64,000 nucleotides of DNA, taken from Candidatus Latescibacterota bacterium. Its GTDB lineage: Bacteria; Latescibacterota; UBA2968; UBA8231. Of this stretch, positions 9,353-17,767 are shown one piece after another (position 1 is the first letter of the stretch; every line of letters starts with the position of its first letter). Where the stretch lies: assembly GCA_964291625.2 (NCBI GenBank), contig OZ220089.1:256001-320000 (forward strand), given 5' to 3'. The notes beneath the pieces are model-generated. The model ran no database searches, was not told where the DNA came from, and saw nothing but the letters and a program-made list of their open reading frames with translations. The position numbers and the translations under genes were made by a program.

Positions 9353-11836
9353 TTAGAAGATGAGGACCGACACCGACTTCTGGATCAGGGCGATGGAGAT
9401 CGACGCCATGCCCATGAGCGCCATGCCGCAGGCGAAGCCGACGGCGAGGACGGGCGCGTACGTGCGCCACTGTTGTCGTCCGTAGCGGTTCCAGAAGTAG
9501 TACCGGGCCAGCATGGCGCCGATGACCTCGGTGATCATCCAGTGCGGTATCGTCGTCAGGGCGCGGACGTACCCAAAGACGAGGAGGATCGGCAGCCCGA
9601 AGGCCGACAGAAAGATGTAGCTGCCCAGGCCGACGACGGTCCCGGCGACGATGAGGTTCGGCTTGATGGCGCGGAAGAGCCACGGCTCGTCGGTGGAACG
9701 CTGGATCCAGGGACTGGTGAAGTTCGGATCGGTGTCGACGGCGAAGTAGTACTCCCAGCCGGCGGGCAGGGACTGGGCGCTGGAGGCGAGGAGGGCGGGG
9801 CGAGGCGTGTCGACGACGCCGATCACCGGTCTCTCGCCCTCGACCAGGTCGGGGATGCGGTCCGGGGTGGCGACGGCGTCGCGGACCAGCTCGGCGGCGT
9901 GCGCCAGGCCCGCGACAGCGGGGCCGGCGGCGCTCACCTCGTAGCCCGCTCCGGCCGGGAGCGCCTTCTCCAGGGCGCCGGGCGGCAAGGGCGGCACGTC
10001 TTCGGGCATACCCTCGCCGAAGTGGGTGTAGAAGGCGCGCTTCTCGGACCAGGGGCCGGCCTCCCCGAGCTTGCCCTGCGACTCTATCCACTTGCTGTCG
10101 GCGGCGCGCACTCGCCAGTACCACCACTCCCCTTCCACCAGGTTCGAGGGCACCCAGGTGGCGCTGTTGCGCTCCGGCGACTCCTTCAGCTCGCTCTTCA
10201 GGGTGCCGGTGAACCAGATGCATGTCTGCAGGGCCCGGAGGCGCCACATGACCTGGGCATAGGGGTACGAGGCCGAGGGGATGGGGGCCAGCTTCCAGAT
10301 GTAGGAGGAGTAGAGGAAGGTGGCGAAGAGCACGATGGGCACCATCACCACCTCGGCCTTGATGATGCTCGTGAACTTGGTGCCCGTGAGCTCGATCTCG
10401 CGGAACTTCTGGGTCTGGGAGCCGTAGTTGCCCAGCGGGAAGGGCATGAACCAGATGTCCACGCCCTGGTACCCGGAGAGGATGATCGTCGCCTCGCGCA
10501 CGTAGGGGATCTCGATCGTCTGCCCCACCATGCCCACGAGGCGCGCGTTGACGAAGGACTGGAACGGCGTCAGCACGAACCCGAAGAACAGGAAGAACCA
10601 GATGAACTGGTGGAAGGCGGGCAGGAAGATCCAGGCGATGACGATGAGGCCGGCGGCGGTGAGCCCGTACAGGGTCAGGGCGATCCACATGGGGAAGTCG
10701 CCGCGCCCTTCGGGCACCGCCCAGGAACCGCCCCCCCTGCCGGAGGCCCTGGCGGCGGCGGCGGTGCGCAGCCCCTGCACGACCTGCCAGATACCGATGA
10801 GGGCGATGGCGATGGTCGTGCCGATGCCGAAGCTCATCCAGAAGTCGACGGAGTTGACGAAGAAGGTCTCGATGGCGCCCATGCCGGGCTGCCAGATCTG
10901 CAGGTAGCCGAGGTCGTAGAGGATCGGGTTGGCCACCGAGTGGGCGACGACGCCGAGGAAGGTGCCCATGACCCCCCAGAAAGGCATGACGAGGCCGGCG
11001 AAGATCGGCCCCAGATGGGCGGTGAACCCGAGGGGGGTGGCGGGGATGAAGTTGCCCGTGACCTGGGTGAAGTCGACGAAGGGAATGGGGATCAGCTGGA
11101 TCGGCTTGGTGAGCAGGGAGCCGGAGATCGCCGGGATCGCCACGTACAAGGTGCCGAAGACCAGGCCGATCATGGCCCCGGCGGAGAACGCCCTCCAGCG
11201 CCACGACTCCACCCCCTGGGTGGTCTCGGCCAGGGCCGTGGCCCCCTGGGCGGCGACGGGCGCGAAGGGAAAGGGCAGGCGCTCGTAGTCGGAGTTCAGC
11301 CGGAAGAGGGCATAGGCCATGGTGAACCACGAGACCCGCGAGATCACGAACTGCGCCAGCAGCAGCGAGATGGGGATGATCCAGTCGGTGTGCAGGAAGG
11401 TCCGCTGCAGCAGCGCCGGCGACTCCAGGGGCGGCGCCCACCAGTCCGGGATCAGGTTGGCGATGCCGAACTGCTGCGCCGGCGGCGACTGGCGCAGGTA
11501 CTGGTTCCACAGCAGCCCCTCGAAGGCGCCGGTCTCGGCGGCGATCAGTCCCGCCGCCACGTAGTAGAGGACGTATACCTCCTGGCGCGTCAGGGAGGTG
11601 AAGGAGCGCTTGGTGATCTCGGCGAAGAGGATGATCGTCACCCACTCCGCCGCGGCGCCGAGGGAACCGCCCACCATGAGGCTGAGGTACATGTTCCCCG
11701 GGATCATGACGAAGGCGACGAAGAAGACGCCGAGGATCGCCTTGCGGGTGAAGCCGTCCTCGAACTCGGTCGGCGTCTCGAGGAGGTCGCGGTACTCTTC
11801 GACTTCCTGGTTGGCGTTGCTCTTGCGTCTCAGCAT
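9353..11836 (-). CDS. OPT (oligopeptide transporter)-like membrane protein with an inserted soluble FN3-like domain
   Basis: 827 aa with many TM segments; FEDGFTRKAILG and DYERLPFPFAPVAAQGATALAE resemble OPT-superfamily motifs; hydrophilic insert with WWYWRVRAA...GPWS. Confidence 0.75.
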   Translation of the reverse strand: MLRRKSNANQEVEEYRDLLETPTEFEDGFTRKAILGVFFVAFVMIPGNMYLSLMVGGSLGAAAEWVTIILFAEITKRSFTSLTRQEVYVLYYVAAGLIAAETGAFEGLLWNQYLRQSPPAQQFGIANLIPDWWAPPLESPALLQRTFLHTDWIIPISLLLAQFVISRVSWFTMAYALFRLNSDYERLPFPFAPVAAQGATALAETTQGVESWRWRAFSAGAMIGLVFGTLYVAIPAISGSLLTKPIQLIPIPFVDFTQVTGNFIPATPLGFTAHLGPIFAGLVMPFWGVMGTFLGVVAHSVANPILYDLGYLQIWQPGMGAIETFFVNSVDFWMSFGIGTTIAIALIGIWQVVQGLRTAAAARASGRGGGSWAVPEGRGDFPMWIALTLYGLTAAGLIVIAWIFLPAFHQFIWFFLFFGFVLTPFQSFVNARLVGMVGQTIEIPYVREATIILSGYQGVDIWFMPFPLGNYGSQTQKFREIELTGTKFTSIIKAEVVMVPIVLFATFLYSSYIWKLAPIPSASYPYAQVMWRLRALQTCIWFTGTLKSELKESPERNSATWVPSNLVEGEWWYWRVRAADSKWIESQGKLGEAGPWSEKRAFYTHFGEGMPEDVPPLPPGALEKALPAGAGYEVSAAGPAVAGLAHAAELVRDAVATPDRIPDLVEGERPVIGVVDTPRPALLASSAQSLPAGWEYYFAVDTDPNFTSPWIQRSTDEPWLFRAIKPNLIVAGTVVGLGSYIFLSAFGLPILLVFGYVRALTTIPHWMITEVIGAMLARYYFWNRYGRQQWRTYAPVLAVGFACGMALMGMASISIALIQKSVSVLIF

Positions 11837-11854
11837 TCTCGGAAGGGCCGCGGT

Positions 11855-14800
11855 TCAGGCGGAGACGGAATCGGCGGGGGCGCCGGCCAGCAGTTCCTGC
11901 CCCTGGCTCCGGTAGGCCTCCTTGGCCTCGGAGTCGACGGTGCGCCAGATGAGGAACTGCTTGCGGATGACGTTCATGAAGCGCTGGTTGACGCGCCGCC
12001 ACGAGGCGTCCTCGCCGCTCAGGCGGCGGATGTCGAGCTGGATCTGGTAGATGTTGTGCTCGGACTCGGGCAGGGCGCGGATGACGACGTGCTGGCTCAC
12101 CCCCAGGTCGAAGGGCGCCAGCCAGATGTTCATGTCGATGGTGTACCCCTCGCCGTACTCGGAGTCGAGGCGGCCCAGCTTGGCGCCGTCGGTGTAGAAG
12201 GTCCCGATCGATTCCTCGGAGTAGGAGTCGAAGTAGCCGATGAGGAAGACCGACAGGCCGAGGACGTCGCGCCCCGCCACGGTGAAGGGGAACTCGAAGT
12301 GCCAGTCGTCCCCTTCGGGCCGGGGCAGCCGCCAGCGGCGGGTCACGTCGGGTACCGCCATCTGCGACGCCCGGCGCGCCGGGTAGATGGTGGAGAGCAT
12401 GACCACCGCCATCACCAGGATGCAGGAGAGCACCGCCGACAGGGACGAGTAGTTGAGGGTGAAGCCGGTGACCACCCCGAGCTGGGTCAGAAGGGTCGCC
12501 GTGATCTGACCGACGAGGTAGCCGGCCACCACCCCGAGGACGGAGTAGACGCAGGACTCGGCCATGAACAGCCAGGCGATATGCCCCGGCGCCAGGCCCA
12601 CGGAGGAGTAGATGCCGATCTCGCGGAAGCGCTCGTAGACGCTGCCCATCATCGTGTTGAGGACGATGAGGGCGGCGATGAGGATCGGCACGAAGAGGTT
12701 GGCCACCCCCGACAGCGAGGTCATGCCCAGGGAGCTGTAGATCGACACCTTGATGTAGTCGTCCCCCGGCTCCTGGATGCCGGCGAAGAGGGTCACCGCC
12801 AGGCGCGACAGGAACTGCTCGATCTCGGCGCGCTCGTCGACGCCCTCGTCGAAGCGGATCGCCACCGACTGCAGGGGATTGCCGCTGCCCACGTTGCGCA
12901 GCGTGTGGTACGGCAGGATCAGGGTGTTGGCCGGCTCCAGGTGGACGAAGGGCTTGATCACCACCTGCGCGTCCTCGAGGCCCTGCTTCTCCCGCTGCTC
13001 CTCCTCGGCGATCTCCTGCACCGCCTGGCCGCCGGTGACGGCGAAGTCGGCGGGCGTCATCGTCTCGTCGTCGAGGTCCTTCAGCTCCTTCATGCGCGTG
13101 GAGTTGATGATGCCGATGACGGTGAACTGCTCGCCGAAGACGCGCACCGTGGCGCCGCCGGCGTCGACCTCGCCCATGTCGATGCCGAGCTTGTCGGCCC
13201 CGAGCATATCGTTGGGCAGGATGCAGACCCTCTCCTCGCCCTCCTGGAACCAGCGTCCCGCCAGCAGGGCCTGGTCGAGGCCTGTCACCTCGGTCTCGGA
13301 CGGGGTCAGGCCGAGGACGCCGAGGGCGTTATGGGCATCCTCGCCGTACTTGATCTTGATGTGGGCCTTCTTCTGGTTGTCGTACCAGCTCCGCGGCGCG
13401 ATGGCGGCCCGGTCGCCGAAGTTGCTGTGGGCGTACTCGAGGACCGACTCCTCCAGCGGCGTCCACGCCTTGCTGCGGATCAGCAGGCCCTCGTAGAGCC
13501 CCTCGTTGTCGCGCTCGATCTGGTTGTAGCGCAGGGCCGTCTGGATGGACGTGAAGGACAGGACCGTGAAGGTGAGCAGCAGCAGGGTGACGAAGGTCAG
13601 CGCCGTGCGCAGCTTGCGGCGCTTCATGTTGCTGATGCCCAGGAGGAAGGCGGTGAGGGAGGCGCTGGAGCGGCTCACGTCGGTGTCGTGGATGACCGCC
13701 ACCTCGGTGCGCAGTTTCTTCATCTGCTCGTTGAAGCGGCCGGAGATGATCCACATGACGAGGACCGCGAGGACGAGGATCACGAAGGCCAGGAGGATGA
13801 CGAAGGGGTTGGACAACTCGAAGGCCGGGTGGACGAAGGAGAGGACGATCCAGATGACGAGGAAGATGCCCGCGAAGCCCATGATCTGGCGCTGGATCGT
13901 GGCCGCGGTGATCAGCAGGCGCTCGGCGAAGTAGGCGCAGGGCAGGACCAGGGCCATGAAGAAGATGATGCCCTGGATGACGTCGTTCTGGGTCGACTTG
14001 ACGTCGGGATAGGCCCGCGACTCGAGGCCGATGGCCGAGCGCGTGTGGCGCACGAACGCGCTCCACTCCTTGCGCTCCAGGGCCGCCGCCGCCCGTTCCA
14101 GCTCTCCCCGGGCGCGCTCGTGCAGGTCGTTCAGGCGCTGGTTCTCGATGGCGAAGCTCCGCAGCTCGCGCATGCGGGCCTCGTCGAGGGTCCACATGTC
14201 CCTGGCCGACTGGTAGGAGGTGCGCGCGAAGGAGGATCCCGGCTCCATGGCGAAGCCCGCGCCCAGGGCCTCCTCCTTGTCGTCGGGGTTCTCGGAGTTC
14301 AGCAGCAGGGAGCGGAAGCCGAGGATCCCGGCGCCGAAGCCCATCTTCACCAGGGCTCCCGGCCGGGCGAAGAGCACGCCCACCGGCTCGTCCTTGGCCG
14401 AGGGGCCCTCCCCGATGGTGTATCCGTACTCCACGGGGGAGGCGTTGGTCTCGTCGAAGACGGTGACCTCGGAGAGCTTGGTGAGGTAGCGGGGATCGAC
14501 GATGTCGAAGAAGTTGAAGGCCTGGCACGGGAAGAGGACGACCATCCACTCCTTGTCGCGCCAGTCCATCTTGATCAGCATCGGGTAGGCCTGGTCGCCC
14601 TGGATGCCGCGGTCCGGCGCGTAGCTGACCCGTCCGGTGGCCGGGTCCATGCGGTAACCCTCCACCTGGACCTGCTCGACGCGGATGCGGTTGACGAAGA
14701 AGGCGCCGTCGCCGTCGACGACTTCGAAGTACTCGCCGCGCACGCCCTTGTAGGACTTCTTCTTGCCGTTGCGCACGACGCCGACAGCGCCCGTGCGCGG

Positions 14801-16666
14801 CAGGTCGGGAACGATGCTGCGCCTCGGGAAGACCATGGTCCGCGCCTTCAGGGACCGCATCGTGTCCTTGAGGCGCATCTTGAAGTCGGGGAACAGCTCC
14901 GGATCCTCGAAGGCCATGTGGAACATCCCCGCCAGGGCCCGGATCTGCCGCGAGAGGTTGTCGTAGCGGATGTGCTGCGCCCGGTCGAGGGGCGTGTCGA
15001 CGAGGAACCGGGCATCGTTGACGGTGACGAAGGCCAGGGCGGGGGTGCCCGTGGTCAGCACCAGCTCGCTGTTCACGGAAATCTCGCCGGGGACGAAGGT
15101 CTCCCAGCTCTTCCCCCCCTCGGGACTGATGCCGTTCACCAGGACGTCGCGGAAGCTGTAGCCCAGCTCGCGGCTCACCTTTCGCGAGTACCCCATGAAG
15201 TTCTTGCCGAAGGGTGCGAAGTAGCGCTTGTAGTAGAAGCTCGAGTTGCTGTTCCAGATGCCGAGCTCGTCGGTCTGCGTCGACAGGTCGAGGCTGATGA
15301 ACAGGTTCACGTCGAGGGAATCGACCTTCGGATCGACCCACTCGCGGTAGAAACCCAGGCGCAGGTCCTCGTCGTCGCCGAGCTCCCTCAGCAACTCGTC
15401 GGAGGTGTCGAAGGAGGCCTGGCGCCGGTCGCCCCCCTTCCGGTAGCGGAGCCGCCAGTCGTCGCCGTCGCGGACGATCAGGTCTTCCCCGTCGGCCATG
15501 GAGGCCCTGGCCACGGCGCGCACCAGCAGGGTGTCGGTCTCGGCCACGGAGCGCACCAGCGCCTCCTTGCCGCTGAAGGTCTCCTCGCCGAGACGGTAGG
15601 TGACCCCGTCCTCCCCCTCGCCGATCAGCCCGCGGGCCAGGGACGCTTCGACGACCCGGCGCAGGACCATGCGGTCGATGAAGGGGTTCTCGTCGCGCAG
15701 GTAGCGCTGGATGAAGTCGTCGATGCCGCGCAGGGCGAGGTGGTGCGCGGAGGTGGCGAGGAACAGGACCGAGCGCGCCGGGGGATGCTCGCGGAAGTAC
15801 CGGGCCAGCTCGAGCAGGGCCGTGATCCCCGCCGCCTGCTCGGCGCCGGGTGCGAGGGAAGGCACGACCGACATGGCGTCGTAGTACGACTCCAGGACGA
15901 TCACGTCCTCCTGGAGCAGAGGGTCGTAACCGGGGATGAAGCCCATGACGTTCCAGGCCGGGCGCCGCTCCCAGTCCATGCGGTACTCGAGGTGGACCGA
16001 GGGCGGCGTACCCGCGCCCTCGATCGCCTCCCGCAGCAGTCCGCCGTCCGCGCCGCTGACCCAGAACCGGGGCAGGTCGAGGGGCATGGTGAGGAACTTC
16101 TTCTCGCCTTCGAGATAGACGGTCGAGTCGGGCTCGATGAAGACGACGGCGGCAGCGCCGAGGTAGGCGCCGTTGAGCCAGTTGTCGCCGGAGTTGAAGT
16201 CGAGGACGACGACGGCTCCCGCCACGTCCTGGCCGTCGAGCTCCTCGAACTCCCCCCGGCCGCCGTAGATCAGGGGCCCGTGGATGCCGCCGTCGGGCAG
16301 GGTCGAGGTGCGCACCAGGTTGGGCCACAGTCCGTGGAGCTCCACGGACGGCCCTCCCGCGATCCTCAGCCGCCCTCCCTGGTCGACGGGCACGGAGACG
16401 TCGTACTTGTGGAAGGTGATGTCGTGCAGACCGATCTGCCGGAACTGGCGGTGCACGTGCAGGGCCGCCTGCTCGGCGCCGGGATAGCCGGCCACGCGCG
16501 AACCGAGGCCCGAGAAGAATCCCACGGTCTGGCGCAGACGGTCCTCCGGCGCCAGCTCGCGCAGGGCCTCGAAGTCGACTTCGGCCGCCGCCGGCGCCGC
16601 CGCGAGGACGGCGAGCAGGCCGAGGGACCCCGCGCGCAGACGGAGAAACGGGCGGATATCGGTCAT
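11855..16666 (-). CDS. ~1600-aa fusion: signal peptide, PA domain, M28 peptidase-like domain (metal ligands substituted), membrane segment, MacB-like periplasmic domain and FtsX-like permease
   Basis: Signal LGLLAVLAAAPAAA; SRVAGYPG; PA-like GPLIYGGRGEFEELDGQDVAGAVVV; M28-like SYYDAMSVVPSLAPGAEQAAGITALLELAR; NMKRRKLRTALT; NTMMGSVYERFREIGIYSSVG...AESCV; IYPARRAS. An alternative start lies at 16693. Confidence 0.85.
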   Translation of the reverse strand: MTDIRPFLRLRAGSLGLLAVLAAAPAAAEVDFEALRELAPEDRLRQTVGFFSGLGSRVAGYPGAEQAALHVHRQFRQIGLHDITFHKYDVSVPVDQGGRLRIAGGPSVELHGLWPNLVRTSTLPDGGIHGPLIYGGRGEFEELDGQDVAGAVVVLDFNSGDNWLNGAYLGAAAVVFIEPDSTVYLEGEKKFLTMPLDLPRFWVSGADGGLLREAIEGAGTPPSVHLEYRMDWERRPAWNVMGFIPGYDPLLQEDVIVLESYYDAMSVVPSLAPGAEQAAGITALLELARYFREHPPARSVLFLATSAHHLALRGIDDFIQRYLRDENPFIDRMVLRRVVEASLARGLIGEGEDGVTYRLGEETFSGKEALVRSVAETDTLLVRAVARASMADGEDLIVRDGDDWRLRYRKGGDRRQASFDTSDELLRELGDDEDLRLGFYREWVDPKVDSLDVNLFISLDLSTQTDELGIWNSNSSFYYKRYFAPFGKNFMGYSRKVSRELGYSFRDVLVNGISPEGGKSWETFVPGEISVNSELVLTTGTPALAFVTVNDARFLVDTPLDRAQHIRYDNLSRQIRALAGMFHMAFEDPELFPDFKMRLKDTMRSLKARTMVFPRRSIVPDLPRTGAVGVVRNGKKKSYKGVRGEYFEVVDGDGAFFVNRIRVEQVQVEGYRMDPATGRVSYAPDRGIQGDQAYPMLIKMDWRDKEWMVVLFPCQAFNFFDIVDPRYLTKLSEVTVFDETNASPVEYGYTIGEGPSAKDEPVGVLFARPGALVKMGFGAGILGFRSLLLNSENPDDKEEALGAGFAMEPGSSFARTSYQSARDMWTLDEARMRELRSFAIENQRLNDLHERARGELERAAAALERKEWSAFVRHTRSAIGLESRAYPDVKSTQNDVIQGIIFFMALVLPCAYFAERLLITAATIQRQIMGFAGIFLVIWIVLSFVHPAFELSNPFVILLAFVILVLAVLVMWIISGRFNEQMKKLRTEVAVIHDTDVSRSSASLTAFLLGISNMKRRKLRTALTFVTLLLLTFTVLSFTSIQTALRYNQIERDNEGLYEGLLIRSKAWTPLEESVLEYAHSNFGDRAAIAPRSWYDNQKKAHIKIKYGEDAHNALGVLGLTPSETEVTGLDQALLAGRWFQEGEERVCILPNDMLGADKLGIDMGEVDAGGATVRVFGEQFTVIGIINSTRMKELKDLDDETMTPADFAVTGGQAVQEIAEEEQREKQGLEDAQVVIKPFVHLEPANTLILPYHTLRNVGSGNPLQSVAIRFDEGVDERAEIEQFLSRLAVTLFAGIQEPGDDYIKVSIYSSLGMTSLSGVANLFVPILIAALIVLNTMMGSVYERFREIGIYSSVGLAPGHIAWLFMAESCVYSVLGVVAGYLVGQITATLLTQLGVVTGFTLNYSSLSAVLSCILVMAVVMLSTIYPARRASQMAVPDVTRRWRLPRPEGDDWHFEFPFTVAGRDVLGLSVFLIGYFDSYSEESIGTFYTDGAKLGRLDSEYGEGYTIDMNIWLAPFDLGVSQHVVIRALPESEHNIYQIQLDIRRLSGEDASWRRVNQRFMNVIRKQFLIWRTVDSEAKEAYRSQGQELLAGAPADSVSA

Positions 16667-16704
16667 GACCGGGTAATGATCGGCAAACGGCATGGGCCCC
16701 GCAA

Positions 16705-17235
16705 TCACCGCCGGGGGGCGAGACCTCCCCCGTAGCCCGCCCTGGCCAGGGCCCTCACCGCGTAGTAGGTGATCAGCCCCGTCATCGCCCCGGAGAGGAC
16801 GCCGCCCACCAGGAAGAGGGGCAGCAGCCGCAGCAGACCCGCCTGGGAGAGGTAGATCTCGGCCACCAGCAGCTGCGTCACCTGGTGGACGACGGCTCCC
16901 GCGATGCTCAGCCCCACGGGGCTCAACAGGCCGGGCACGGATCGCCGCAGGCCGACCATCGCGGCCAGGCTCGTGAGGGCGGCGCTGCCCCCGATGACCG
17001 ACGCCGGGCCGGCCAGACCGCCGCTCAGCAGACCGCCGACGAGGACCTTCACGGCGCCCACCGCCGCCGCCGGACCGCCGCCGAAGAGCAGCAGCGTCGC
17101 CAGGACGGCGGCGTTGCCGAGTCCGAGCTTCATCCACGGCAGGGGGCGCGGCACCGCCGTTTCGAAGACGAAGAGGATCAGAGCGGCGGCCGACATCAGG
17201 CCCAGGAAGGCGGCGCGCCTGCCGGGCGAGAGCAT
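16705..17235 (-). CDS. Gx transporter family protein (heptaprenyl diphosphate synthase component I-like)
   Basis: FETAVPRPLPWMKLGLGN and SPVGLSIAGAVVHQVTQLLVA motifs; adjacent to a NusG domain II gene, the usual pairing. Confidence 0.85.
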   Translation of the reverse strand: MLSPGRRAAFLGLMSAAALILFVFETAVPRPLPWMKLGLGNAAVLATLLLFGGGPAAAVGAVKVLVGGLLSGGLAGPASVIGGSAALTSLAAMVGLRRSVPGLLSPVGLSIAGAVVHQVTQLLVAEIYLSQAGLLRLLPLFLVGGVLSGAMTGLITYYAVRALARAGYGGGLAPRR

Positions 17236-17660
17236 CAGCGGCTGACCCCGTCGAAGGCGGGGCCGCCCTCGCCTTCGACCCGGACCACCAGATGGTTGGG
17301 GACACAGACCGCCACGTCGCCCACCGCCCGCAGCCAGCCGCGGCGGACGCAGATCCGCCGGGCGCAGGGAGAGGCGGCCACGCGGACGCGGCTGCCGTCG
17401 ACCACCACCTCGCTCGCCCCGGCGGGGCCGGGGACCTCGATCCGCGCCGCTTCGCTCAGCGGCAGGAGGCGCACGACCTCGCCTCCCACCTGGACGCTCG
17501 CCGACCGGGGGGTACCGCCGCCGGGCCTCGACACGAGCAGGACCGCCGCCAACAGCAGAACCGCCGCCGCGAGGACGATGTCGCCCGGGCTGGGAGGCAG
17601 GGGCCGGTACGGCTTGACACTCCCCCTGGGGCTGTTTACACTGCCGAGAGCGCCACGCAA
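17235..17660 (-). CDS. NusG domain II-containing protein (DUF1312); start uncertain
   Basis: GDIVL followed by a TM helix; VRVAASPCARRICVRRGWL...VAVCVPNHLVVRV...DGVS. Confidence 0.85.
   Translation of the reverse strand: MRGALGSVNSPRGSVKPYRPLPPSPGDIVLAAAVLLLAAVLLVSRPGGGTPRSASVQVGGEVVRLLPLSEAARIEVPGPAGASEVVVDGSRVRVAASPCARRICVRRGWLRAVGDVAVCVPNHLVVRVEGEGGPAFDGVSR
17614..17642 (+). promoter_or_regulatory. Sigma70-type promoter upstream of rel
   Basis: TTGACA (17614-17619), 17-bp spacer, TACACT (17637-17642), about 125 bp before the rel start. Confidence 0.7.
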
Positions 17661-17767
17661 GGCCGTATCTCGTTGTCGGCTATGGAGTAACCGCCGTTTC
17701 GCGAGGCCTGCTTCGAGGCCTCCGGCCCCCCCTTGCCCGTCGAGCCCGCAACGGCGCCACCGGGCTT

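Noticed and set aside
8846-16735. 2629-aa plus-strand ORF, and similar long ORFs at 29736-34277, 46581-51035, 17636-20092 and 924-3398
   Set aside because: Antisense or off-frame shadows of real genes in high-GC DNA; no recognisable motifs.
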